A stretch of 63,972 bases of DNA, filler included, from Choristocarpus tenellus KU-1152 (Eukaryota; Protista; Phaeophyceae): NCBI GenBank assembly GCA_964200185.2. It is 10 parts of 10 records of this genome, joined end to end, with 100 filler letters (N's around TTAATTAATTAA, not from the genome) between each part and the next. Parts side by side here need not be neighbours in the genome. Positions count along the whole stretch, not along the records: positions 49,204 to 53,593 come from CAXNAD020014776.1; positions 53,694 to 58,218 come from CAXNAD020014153.1; positions 58,319 to 61,362 come from CAXNAD020022733.1; positions 61,463 to 63,972 come from CAXNAD020027205.1; 6 more parts are not named here. One strand, 5' to 3'. Positions 51,481 to 63,972 of this stretch are shown here, in pieces. Under the pieces are notes generated by a model, which saw only the letters and a program-made list of their open reading frames with translations, had not been told where the DNA came from and did not search any database. Within the stretch, counting starts at the first letter, position 1. The number at the start of each line of letters is the position of its first letter. Made by a program: the position numbers and the translations under genes.

Positions 51481-52756
51481 CATACTACATAAAGCACTTA
51501 CTTGCATCACACATACACGCTCACACAATTGTCACTGACGCCTCTCACCGCTCCACCAAACACCTACCCACACAACCGTCCACCACGGAGCGAGCCTCAT
51601 TCTTGGAGGAACCGTTTTCTTCTTCAACTGAGTATATATTATTATTCACAGTGCAACGTATGTCCAACCTCATTCTGCTCGAAAAGAAGGCTTACACTGC
51701 ATTGTGCAATATACTCTCAAGTATTTTACAGCAGCGAGCAAGCGATCCATAGGTTGACAAAAAAAACAAAGAAAAACGATTCACTATTATTTTTTTATAT
51801 GCTGAGAGACTTGCCCGGTTCAATTTAATAGTCAACTTCTATTTTTTAATTATCAAGAAGAAGAAGAGACAGTCCTGCCTGTCGACCACAGCACCATGGC
51901 ATAAATCAATCAACCAGTTCAACTCATCTTCACAACAACAGTCCACAATAACAAAAACAACCACATATCCTACCCCACCACCTCAACTCTGCCCACCAAT
52001 CACCCACCAATGCAAACAAACGCCTCTTGCTCAATAGCCCCGAGGCAGGCAACAATCTGGGCTATGCCAGGCCGGCAGGCACAACAAGGAGCATGGAGAT
52101 AAAACATCCTCATCAAACCCTTACATTTTGACAAAAACAAATGCCCCAGCCATGATCTCCAATGCCAGGCTGGCAGGTAAACTACAGCGAACAGTGGATA
52201 GGATCAAACAATCATTAATGTTCTCATATTTTCACCTATCCACTACCATGCAACCCCCTTACCACTCCCAAGTGCCCTACAAAAAAGCACTCCAAGCATC
52301 ACCACAAATACATCACCACGTGCCTTGCTCCCCTGTTACAACTCCACACCCCCCAACAACCTCAGAGTCATAACCCCTACAACAGTAGGTACAGAAAAGA
52401 TATATATTTTTGCAGTTATGAGTAGCCTCTAGCGTTAAATCTCCCTCCATAAAGGCTCTGACCAAATCCTCCAATTTGCCCTCAAACTCTTCCGGACCTC
52501 CTATTGATTCGCACTATGACCTTATTATAAGCTACAGAACATCCTTATGCCATATACTTCGTACATGCCACCGCTCACCCCGTAACCTCTCAAGCCCACT
52601 CCCACTCCCACTCCCACGATCCCCCTCCCCCTCCAAGGCGACCCCATTAATGTTGCTTTGCAGAACCACTAAGAGCACACACGCACTCTTTGCATCACAC
52701 ACGTGCGCCAGTCCAGGATAACACAACCGCAACAAAAACAAATTCATGTTCTGACC

Positions 52757-52813
<57 letters not shown>

Positions 52814-55800
52814 GGNNNNNNCCCCCCACAAAAACAAACCCCCACCAAAAAAAAACTACTTTTCTCTCCCCCCCCCCCCCCCCCCCCCCTCCCATACCCC
52901 CACCCTAACCCCACCTCCTTCCAAAATCCCACATCCTTTAATAGAGCTACAAATGCTCCAACAAATATTCAAAAAGCATCCAACATTCACAATAATACAC
53001 GCAATAGCACACACACACACAGGCAAAAAGGACAAACAAACAGAAATGCATACAAGAGTCCTACAGGCACGCAGTACAGGATGATGCACACCCACCCACA
53101 ATTAGTCATATGCATCATCAGTAAGCATTTACACTCAGTCCACACACGTGCGTGGGGACTGACTCGGTGGCTCATCACACTCTACCCGCAGAGGAGTCCG
53201 TCCCCCCCACCCAACCTTGCGCTCCTCCCTACTGCTACATCTCCTCACTCAACAACCTCCGCCCAATAGAAACAATCAATCATATGCAGTAAAGGTTTAC
53301 GATATCAGAGGCCCTTGGACTCTTCATATTCAGCAATGTATTTCGCCCGGTTCTCGGGTGTCAGCTCCCTCTCGACAACCATGGTCTCCAAGGTTACTGA
53401 AAAGCGCACCTTCAAAAACCAGACAAACACACACACACACACACACAACAGCGTGTGGTGTGTGTAGTATGGTACACAAAGACCCATGAAAATGCAAAAG
53501 TCACAGGCAGTTGTAACAGGAGGGGGGGGGGGGGGGGAACAAAGGGGGGTTGGTGGTGTGTGGTGGGCGTCCCTTTTTTTTCTCAATTTTTTCNNNNNNN
53601 NNNNNNNNNNNNNNNNNNNNNNNNNNNNNNNNNNNNNTTAATTAATTAANNNNNNNNNNNNNNNNNNNNNNNNNNNNNNNNNNNNNNNNNNNNTGGGGGG
53701 GCTGTGGCGACTGTCCCTTTGGGTGCTATTTTTTCATGTCGCGATTTTTGGGTGATTTGGTTGCATACGTCTGATGGATAATGTAAATCCACTTTTCTTG
53801 ATTTTGACCCTAATGGACACCCTGATGTAGATCCCCCCCCCCCACAGATACTTTGGGTCTGAGTCGATCCATAAATCCATAATGTCTTCTTCTTACCTTG
53901 TCATCTTCCTTCTCTTTCACCTTGGCACTCTCTCCAATGATTCTTGTCCTCATTCTCTTCCTCAAGTTGACTTTGAATTATCTCCTCCTCCTCCTCCTCC
54001 TCCTCCTCCTTGTCATCATTGTTCACGTCCATGTCTTGCTCTTTGTGCTGCTGAGTTATCGTCCATCAGTCTGGATGCAATATTTGTATGGGACCATACA
54101 GTATGAGCAATTGATCATTATAGCATCTTGTTGAAAAAGACGATTGAATCTTGAGTGGTGCACGGAATCAGAATCCCTCTGTTCAGGCCCACCAACCTTC
54201 AACAGTACATTGAGGTGCATCATCAATGGGGAAGATTATATGTCGATGTGACACATAAGGTGTTGATAAATATACTCAGTATGTAAGTCAAATTTCACTT
54301 AGGTCATACCTTCTTGTTGAGGAATTGCTTGTCTTGATATCATTGTGAATCAACGCTGCCCTTGGAATCTTTTCTTTTCCATCACCCTCTTCTTCCAATA
54401 GCATCTACTCCCAAGCTCCTGAAGAAAGGAAATAGATCAGGAAGTATTACAACTCTTTGGGGGAGAGAACATGACAAGTATTTAGAGACAGAGCTTGTGA
54501 GGTATAGTAAACCATTCATTCGAGAATGCTTGTATGAGTTATGTCAGTGTTCCGTAAGTATAGTGACATTTGATACGACCGGCAACACCACCTCATAGTC
54601 CCTTTCCCATCTCTTGCAACGATATTCCAATGTATTCTCGTCCTGCTATCGAAATTGTGTATGAAAATATATGAGAGAGACACGTGCTGATGGAGGTTGG
54701 GGGGCCTTTTTTTACCTTGTTCATGTGGTACAAATTCTTGGGACCACTCTGCTTTTCCTTCACAGAGGTATCCCTAGCACGGGCTGGGTCACCAGGGTTC
54801 ATGTGTTGACTTATCCCTGGACATTACTACCCTTGCAGCATTTGGCAGCAAGGAAAAAAATGTTCCCCTGCATTCAGATTGCAAAGTTGATGCAATTTCG
54901 AGCTCCTTCTACCTCTCCGAAACTCTACTGATTGTGGTGTCGTGTAGCTCTTCCCATCGACTGATCTCCAGACATTCCTGAACTGCCTTCTCTGTCAGCT
55001 AGGACTGATGTAGTAGCATTCATCCAAACCTCATTTCATCTCTTCTAATGTGTTCCACTCCAACACAATATATGATCTGGTCTTCACATTGATCTGTGGA
55101 CACATCTCTATATCTGCTACCATCCCATCCTTCCGCAAAAATCATGAAGCACAAACACAGGTACATGACCAAAAAGGTACACCGTCCAGACAGATATGAT
55201 CAATAAAGAAAAATGCATGGAACGCAATTCCTAAGTCACCATGAGCAAAACAGCGCAGCTTCCTCTCTTTGACACAGTCTCTCTCTGCCTGGGATTGTGT
55301 TTGACCTGACCCAAACAATGCAATCTATTGAAGCGTAAGGCTGCTGCATAGACATTAAACACAGTGTGCTTAATGTTTTCAAGTACTCACCACTCAAAAA
55401 TTGCAAGTAATTTTCGTTAACAGGACCCTCTACGATTGGACTTACACATAATGCTGTTCTCAAAGTGAGTCACGAGGTCATTCTGATGCCAAGCATCAAA
55501 ATCAGGGGCAGAGAAGTCGAAAGTATAGCAGGAATTATACAATTACTATGAACAATTAACCTTGCTATACAATGACAGGGGGAAATATATATACCCAGGC
55601 ACATTCCCCAAGTCCACCCAATTTCACAGCCTGCCAAGCATCATCGTAATGGTTGAGCTTGAGCCCAACCTAGGGACAGGAGGCGGCCTCCAGTATGAAA
55701 TTGTGTGATAGTGAAAAAGGGCGATGCATGTGTTGCTGCAGTTGGAGGACAACAAAATCTCAAAATATCTTCCATCATAAAGCTTTTTCCTTGTCAGCCT

Positions 55801-58800
55801 CTGGGCCATCCTGTTGGTCAAGTCTTGAAGAACGAATATGTTGAAATTGCCCAAGAGGGTAAAGAAAATGTGATACGAGAAGTACGTTTTGTGGGATATT
55901 CTCGGCAACAACTCCAAGCCCACTGTAGTCTCACCAGCAAAAGCACAAACCTACCAGGCCTAGTAATGGTACAGGGGCAGGACCCTAAAACCTCCATTGC
56001 CCATGGCACATGCTGTTGACCTTGTAGGTCCTGGGCTAAGGATTTGGGCTTGGTAGAGAATCGAAACCTTTGTTTGGGAAACGGTTGGGTAAATAAATTT
56101 GGAAAGTGGGAAGGGGACATCTTCATTTTACATCAGGAGCACTGGCGATGTACGGCGATGTACGACAATGTAGTGTTTTACTATAGTTGATCTTAGGCAG
56201 TTGTAGGATTGAACTGTTGTTGGAATGGTATTATCACAAGCAAAATCCTAGATTCATAGCTTGCAAAGGCATCTTGACTTTATGCTACTTGTCGATTTCC
56301 GCACATTTCCCTAGGGGCATTATCTACGCCAAACTATCTTCCTATAATGAACCCTATAGATTGTGTTCAATTTTCACACATATTCTCTTTCTCAACTCGT
56401 GAGAAAGTGCATCCAGAAGGTCATGCAAGATCCAGCAGCATGATCATCTCTTATGCCAAGAGAGAAATGGAAGTATCGAATTATGGATTGTTATGCATCT
56501 CAATATGGCACATTCTTTGGTATTTTAGCAACCTGCATCAAATTTTATCACAGATTCAATTTCCAGAATGTGAAGAAGGAAAGTGGTTGAGCAGCCTCTT
56601 CTACTTGTGCAATAGCCTAGCAACGTATCCCATCAGAGGTCTGTAGAACCCTAATCTAACGATCCATAGTCTGAACTATATCACAGCACATAACTCCACA
56701 CTGAAGCAGAATTCATGGGTACATTGCTTGTCCCACCTCATTTTCTTCTTGTTCTCCTCCTGGTCTCCCTTCTCACCCATCGCCCTAATTCCCTGCTATA
56801 ACCTCGATACCTCCTCAACCACCGCCTCCTTCACCTCCTCATTGACCGTATTGGCTTTAATTTCTCTCTTCCCACCACCTCCCTATCCCCTGACACATCT
56901 TCATGTGCTTCTTCCTCATGTGTCATCTCTATCACCGCTTTCCACACCATTGACACCTCCACCTCCACCTGGGCTATGTCCATCACTTCTGCTTTTACCC
57001 CATCGGCCTCTGCCACTGCTACTAATACCCCTGTTGTGTCCGTCCCCACCTGCTTCCACCCCTGTTGCCTCCACCCCAGCAGTGTCAATCACCGCCACCT
57101 CCACCTCTGCCATATTTACCCCTGGCACCTCCCCTCCCACCCCCAATCCCTCCTCCTCCACCCCAATCAACCCCAACGCCACCTCCTTCACCGCTGGTGT
57201 TTCCACCATTGTCACTTCCTCTTCCATAGCCTCCATCCCAACAAACTGCACTTCCTCTGCCCCCATCTCTCTTTCCTTGTCTCGCAGGACCTTCTGCACC
57301 TCCTGCAACCCCCCCTTCACCTCCTCGACTGACTCCTTGCACACAACATGCCCTCGGTGTTTGCTCTGGTCAATCAACTAGAAGGGGTTCAAAGAGAAGT
57401 AAGCAAAATACAAAATGCTCGTTGCGATTAGTAAGGAAGGATTGTCATTTTGAGCTTCACAGTCATGTAAAGGGATCGGTATATTGGAATAGTATAGTAC
57501 GGTTGATGATGATATTACTGCAAGCAATCAATATCTGCTAGAGAGATCGGGAATTGTCTGCTGTCAAGGCATGGCATGTCTTAATATTGAGCTCTAGAAG
57601 TCCAACAGAAGGGTATTGAAACTTTAGCTAGAAATAGCACATGCAGAGGTCGCATCACCCCTTCATGTTAAAATGATGAATAAGAAAATTTGGAAATGAA
57701 TTGGTCTGGAGCAAGGCGGAGATGATGCAGTACCCTCCAATGTATTCAGGTTCTTTATCTCTACCATAGATCATGTTCAAAGTACAAGCATCCTAGTGCT
57801 CTTCATCCAGAGGTGATACTTCCCACTTACCTACCGAAACCTCCCCGAGGCTGGCAATTTGCGCAATATAGTTCTATCCATCACCACCACTCTATATTTA
57901 CACTTTATTTTGGTATCATGGTCGCGCCACCTCCCAAAGAATACGTCATGCTCAGGCCATCCCCTTCATACATTGGTACCAGTGTGTAGGGGGAAAATAT
58001 AACAGTCATGACAAGGACCTAGATCAGCTTTCAAATCACCTCTTCATCCCCTCTCAAAAGACTCTTCTTCCCCTTCTCATTGATACCGCTGTACCACACC
58101 AACAAGCGCTTCAACCTTGTATCCATGATAACAATTCACAGCACCAAGTGGGGAGCAAGCAGGCATTAGAAAACGTGTTAGTAAAAATTTGACCCAAAGT
58201 ATCTGGGAGGGGGGGGGGNNNNNNNNNNNNNNNNNNNNNNNNNNNNNNNNNNNNNNNNNNNNTTAATTAATTAANNNNNNNNNNNNNNNNNNNNNNNNNN
58301 NNNNNNNNNNNNNNNNNNCCCCCGCCCCCACACACCCACACATGTTGTGCAGGAGGCTCCACTGGACATTGCCATGGCAAGTGAGAATAAAGGCGTTGTG
58401 GGGCTACTTGTGTCTAAGCTTGAGAGAGAGCAGCAGAAGACTAACACCTGATCTTGTGAGGAATGTGGGCCTGGTCGAGGTCTATGCTGCCCCTCATCCA
58501 TTGTATTGGAGAGAAGAGGCTGTTCCAATACGGTACGAGATGGTACTGTTGAGGAGCAAATGGTTCATCCTGCTCATGGATAGTAGTGATCTCAGTGCCT
58601 AGGAGTAATAATGATGTTTAGATTGCATTGAGCGCATCGGCGGGCAGGCTCGTTGGCTCTTGATGTGGGCAAGCGAATGAGGCGGTGGTATTTTGTTCGG
58701 GGTCGGCCTTGGGGTAAATTAGATTTTCGAAGGAATGACTACCCCACGCATTGCACTGCGATGATGCTCCTTGCTGTCTACAGAGTATTATTTCTGCTTT

Positions 58801-61800
58801 GGCCGTGTGTTGCGATTTGGTAGAGTCGGTTTCTCTGAGTTGAAAAGTATTGGCTCTTGAAAGAGCTTTGCCCGCTCCCACCTGGGGCGATGACTAGTTC
58901 TTGGTATTACCTTAATTTATGTGTCTTTTTTTACATTACTGTAGTGATGAAAAAGGGAGGGGGGAAGTTGACTCATCCATGCAGTGGTGTTGGTGGTGGT
59001 GGTGGTGTCATCTGTTTTAGCTTTTGAGGAGGAGTTAGTGTTGGGAAAGGATGTCTTAGAGCTGCTCTTTTCAGTCAGAAAATGTGGCCCATTTCACCAA
59101 ACCCGAGTATAGAGATTTCGCCCTTTCTTGTATTTTGTGGTAAAAATATGTAGCAATTTGAAATGTTTTGGAACAGAATGTTTTTTCCAGTGGTGAAAAT
59201 GTAGGAACACAGCAGCTTTTGTTGGTACGAAAGGATGCCCCTCCCTTGTTCTGGGTTGCCTTGTTCCTTGCATGGAACTTGTTGCTCCTACGCTGCACTT
59301 CTTTTTTTTATGTGTGTCACAGGAGTTGAAATGATAAGGTGGCGTGCAGGGGGTTGAATAGGGAGAGTAATGTGTTTTTGCTTTCTTGGTGATCAGAAGG
59401 GAACATACCGGTCGCAACAGTAATGAACTGGATCATCAATGGGCTGGTGGTAGACTGTCATTTTCTTGTTATTTACCTATCTGTCTCTCTGTGGACGACA
59501 CAATGGTTTTGCATTTGCAAGTTGAGCAGAGCAGTGAGACAGGAGGTGAATGCTAGAGGTAAGGGCAGACCGGGCACGATGCATTGGCCTGGTTTGGGGA
59601 GAGTCTAGAAGGAGAAGAGGGGATGACTCTTCTCAGATGTAATGCTGGCTCTGCAACAAGGCTTGTGCATGCTATACCGTGGTGTACGCTGTTTCAAAGT
59701 AGTTCTTACTATGGGTATGCCGGATATGTGACCTCTCTGGGAAATTCTCTGTGCTTGTTCAATGAAGGAAGTCTTTTTATATCACCAACAACCCTGGTCA
59801 CGACATGTGTCTGCCTTCCCTTGGGTGGGCTGCGCAGAATGCAGATGGGATGTGTACGGTATGGGGGTGGAAGGAGGAAGGAATATACTAGCTTTTATGG
59901 AAAAGTGAGTGGACCTGTGTTGGTTATCAAGCGGGGATGAGCTCAGGGCAGGTTGGCTTAGCAACTGCCTGCTCATTATGTACTCTGTAAGTAATTAATG
60001 CTATCTAAGATGGGATAGATTCATATATCATGCTTGCTTGATTGTTGTCCAACAGGATGGCGTGTTTCATGTAAGGTTTGTCGGTCTTGTACTGCTCGTG
60101 GCTTCAAGGTGACCACTGTTGCTGTGCTGTTGTTTTTTTTATCTTGAAAGAGGTTGGTCAGGCAATGAGGGTGCTTTTCTCTACAGGTAGTCTGTAGTGT
60201 ATTTTTCGTGAGAGGGGAGCAAGAGATTGTCCTGGGGGGGTGGGTGGGGGGGGGCGGGGATTGAGAGCAAACCATTGAGTACGTGTACCTCTATCTGTTT
60301 GTGAGGAAGGCAAGCTTGTATGCGAGGGGTATCGTATCTGTGTAGGTTCTTGGTTTGTTCGTTGAGCAGTGGCTATGAATGAGTAACATGTTGCATGTAC
60401 TGCTTCATGTGGTGTTGAAGTGAGTGGAGATCGTAGAAGGCATTGGAATAAGATCAGAGGAAGCGCCAAAGATTCGCATTGGGTGGGTGGGGGAACTTGA
60501 CAAGAAGTTGAATGTGATGCACAATATTTTGTTGGCTTGAGCTGGTGATGGTTAGAATGGTGAGGTGCTGTCTAGGGTTGTAGCTGCGCATCCGTTGAGG
60601 TAGTTTATGGGGGTTGGTGATGTGTCTTGCTTGGAAGAGCTGTTTGTTATGTTACTGGATATTGTATGTGGAGGCGGTTTGTTGTGCAATAGTAATTATG
60701 GCTTTGTGCTCATCATGTATTCGTATGGGGAATGGAAGAGAGGGTAAGAGAATTTCAAAACAGGGGTGGAATGAAAACCATCCACTGCTTCAAATTATAG
60801 TAGCGGAAGTATTATTCATCGTCATTTCCTTCCCAACAAAGTATGTCAACGATCAATGAGCAGGTACCAAGCAAGCTGTGGAGACTGCGTGCACACAATC
60901 TTTCATCTGAAGAATCTGTTTTGTCCGTTTGACAGTGAATGTAGTTCAGTCGCTACGATGCTTCTGGTCGGTCGTCAACAAAGATTGTTACGTGTTTATT
61001 ATTATTCGCATCAATCAGACAAAAGTTTGTAATAATATATTCCTCAAAAGATCACACGTAGTTCAAAAAATTAAAAAACTATGGTGAGAGTAGAAGCAGT
61101 TGTAGTAGTCTGTGATTCTTCGAAACACCTTACCTTGCCAACAAGTAGTGAGCCTTGCAAATCTAGATTGAGCAAACTCCTCTATGCAAACAACAGACCT
61201 GATGAGTAATATATTTATCATCTTGAAACAAGTCCAGAAGAAGAAGTCAAGGCATTAAGCCACATCAACGACCAGTCATGAAAATGGCACATGCATACCT
61301 TAATACAGCAGTCTACACCTAACAGGTCTTTCTCAAAATTGAGGATGGTGCAGGACTATGAGNNNNNNNNNNNNNNNNNNNNNNNNNNNNNNNNNNNNNN
61401 NNNNNNTTAATTAATTAANNNNNNNNNNNNNNNNNNNNNNNNNNNNNNNNNNNNNNNNNNNNCCCCGCCCTTCTGCTTTGCTCCCTACCTTTGGTGATGT
61501 GACAGGTGCGCTTTGTGGACCGTTCGCAGTGGTTGGTCTCTTCCTGATGCTATCATAGTACCCCTTTCCCATGGCTGCGCTCTCTGCACCGGTCAACCCC
61601 TCCCTGTTGTGTGTAGAGTTGGTAGCAGTGAGGTTCATGGGCGTTAGCTGTTGATCCAGGGATTAACAACCATGCGCGGCTTATCTTCCTAAAGCTTATC
61701 TTTGTTGTTGTCTCACTGGAGGTACGGCTGGGTAAGCGGATTTTTTGGCTGAGAGGGTTGAAGTTTGACAATATATGCAGTTCATTGTGCATTTTGTGTC

Positions 61801-63972
61801 TCACAGTACTAGTGCAAACTGGTTTTTGTAAGAGGATAAGGTGGCGTGTGTATGTGACAGAAAAAAAAAAAACTCAGACGTGATGGCGAGATAGCCCTTG
61901 TATTTTGCCTGTACTTTGCTTCTGAACAAGGAAAAATATCCCATGGCTTCCTCTATGCCTACATATCTCTTCTCTTATTTATTTGACGCTAATATGGTTG
62001 TGGTGCTCTTTATCACAAAGTCCTAGCAACGAAACTTTTGTAAAGTACTGGGCAGGGGGAGGCTCCTGCTCTGCCACTGGAGCGCTATGCCTGGGGTGGA
62101 TGCTGGATGACACACCACTCCATGAACAATCCTTTTTTCTAGCAGTTTTTTAATGCTCTATAGCTGATACTGGTCTTTAGTTGGAGTACTCTTCCATGCC
62201 ACTGTATCAGACTCTTCTTCCAATTGGTTGAAACGTAATGAATTTTAAAGAAAAAACTAGAACCTCGCACCCTGGTTTGTTATCTGCTGCAAACACTTTG
62301 TTCAACAACTACAGTTCCTTGTCTTTTACTCTTTTGTGTGGTAAGGGCTCTTGATCTATAGAGCCAGTGTCAAATTGTAGCCTCCTAAGAATCTCTTAAT
62401 ACACTGAACTAATGGAGAGCCACGCTGGCACCCTATTGGTTGGGCACAAGTGGGAGTCATCAGTGTTGAAATCTCTTCACCGCCATGCAAAACCAATGGA
62501 ACTCCAGGGTTATTGTATTCTGATCTGAAGAGGTAGGTCATCGACACACTGCTGAAGATCCCCTGAGCAAGCTGCATTAGTAAACTCTTATTTAAAATCA
62601 CTTTTTTTCCTACTCTGCTTGATCTACTTTTGTGTGCAATGTTGCAACATTGGTACTAGGACAGCCTGTTTGTATGCTTAACAAGGTTAGTAAAAGACTC
62701 ACAATGAAGGTGCAGATAGGTACAGTACAGTGTGACCAAATCGAATCCTCCATTTCAAAATATTGTATGTATATAATATATATGTATGCTTACGAATTTT
62801 CGCAAGAAAATCTTTGGTACATATTTCTGTAAGTTGAGTAACTCTTGTGGGGCCCTATTATTGGGGTCTCTGTTCATACACACAGTAACCAATCACATCA
62901 CTATCAAAAGTGGTTAGTTGTATGCTTGGACCAGAATCTCTTGACAACGTATGGTACACAAGCATGAAGAAATAAAACAGAAAAAGTATTTATCCTTGTC
63001 AGCAGGTATCGGTAAGTAAAAATCTGGTAGGGTATCAGAGGTGGAAAATAAGACACTTCAATTAGGGCAAAATCAACTGAAGGAGAAGTTGTGACCAATT
63101 CCTTAGCATGGCAGCAACCACCATGATGGTGCTGTACAGACTCATGGCATGACCACTATTGTCCTGTCCTATTCTCCTTCCACTTAATACTTGTGTGATA
63201 CAGAGGACAGGACCCCTTGTCAATGGACCAATTTTCATGGTCCAAATTCAGGTGTGACTCCATCTGGAGATCTGCAAAATATAGAAGTTAAGACCTCATG
63301 AATAGGTTAAAGTTCATATTTGCCAAACTAGATAATGGCACTATTATATCAAAATTAAAAAAGCAAGTCCCAAAGACCCCAAGCGGACAAAAGCACCCCC
63401 CTCTGTGATATATTGAGCCTCGAGTGTCTCACAAGGGGGTGGACTTCGACCATTTTAGTTAACCAGGGGGCTTTGCAAATGTGATGCCTGACACCCTGAC
63501 ATGGCTAGTGATATTCCTCTTGTTATTGGTTATTATTGTAGGAAAAAAGACAGTGGAAGGAGAATGATACCTTGGGCAGGGGTTCAAGGAATAGACCCCA
63601 GGCAAAAGATGGAGAGTGAGACAATCCCTCAGAGACTAGACTGCACATGACTGGTGGGTTGATGTCTCGAGGATGAAGGAATGTAACTCTTTACCCCAAA
63701 AAGGAAAAAAAAGAATGGGATAAGAAGGGACACAAAACCGCAAAAGCCACAAAGGCGTTTCTCCTTGCTCCTCTGCTCAGAAGTGGCGAGAGTTAAATTG
63801 TAGTGGGGGCAATATTGGGGCCTGTTAACACAATGTTTGTGGAGTCCTGCTTGTCAAACGGAAAAACAGGGGGGGAGTGGTGGGGGGGGGGGGGGGGGGG
63901 GGGGGGAAGGGGGAGTGGGGGGGGGGCTTTTTAGAAAAAAAAAAGAAAAAAAAAATATAAAAAAAAAAAAAA

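Noticed and set aside
52690-53269. Poly-Pro and poly-Gly ORFs as extensin- or formin-like genes
   Set aside because: They derive from poly-C runs with embedded Ns and low-quality sequence. The same applies at 49204-49240 and 63870-63972.
61463-63400. Possible minus-strand exons on the last contig
   Set aside because: Could not be assembled into an open frame or assigned to any family.

Overview
Eukaryotic, intron-rich and transposon-rich DNA. The LINE and gag remnants resemble those of brown algae or other stramenopiles, which is an inference. The window is not one locus: it is 10 contigs joined by artificial 100-bp linkers (N44-TTAATTAATTAA-N44), so adjacency means something only within a contig. 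Three spliced genes can be rebuilt by hand. One is a 7-exon glyoxalase II (24682-28177, +). The other two lie on one contig, head-to-head with 150 bp between their ATGs: a 7-exon PARP-like H-Y-E ADP-ribosyltransferase with three N-terminal Cys/His motifs (37802-42451, -) and a 3-exon NADAR/YbiA-family hydrolase carrying a near-identical Cys/His motif (42602-44564, +). The NADAR has one in-frame TAA. This pair looks like a eukaryotic ADP-ribosylation writer/eraser (toxin-antitoxin-like) module reminiscent of bacterial DarT1-NADAR and is the main finding. The rest is decayed mobile DNA: RTE-like and RLE-type LINE remnants, a gag remnant, copia-like fragments, a multi-copy IS630/Tc1/mariner-like element, and three MITE families sharing GAG(Y)CAAAGTA termini with 4-bp target-site duplications.
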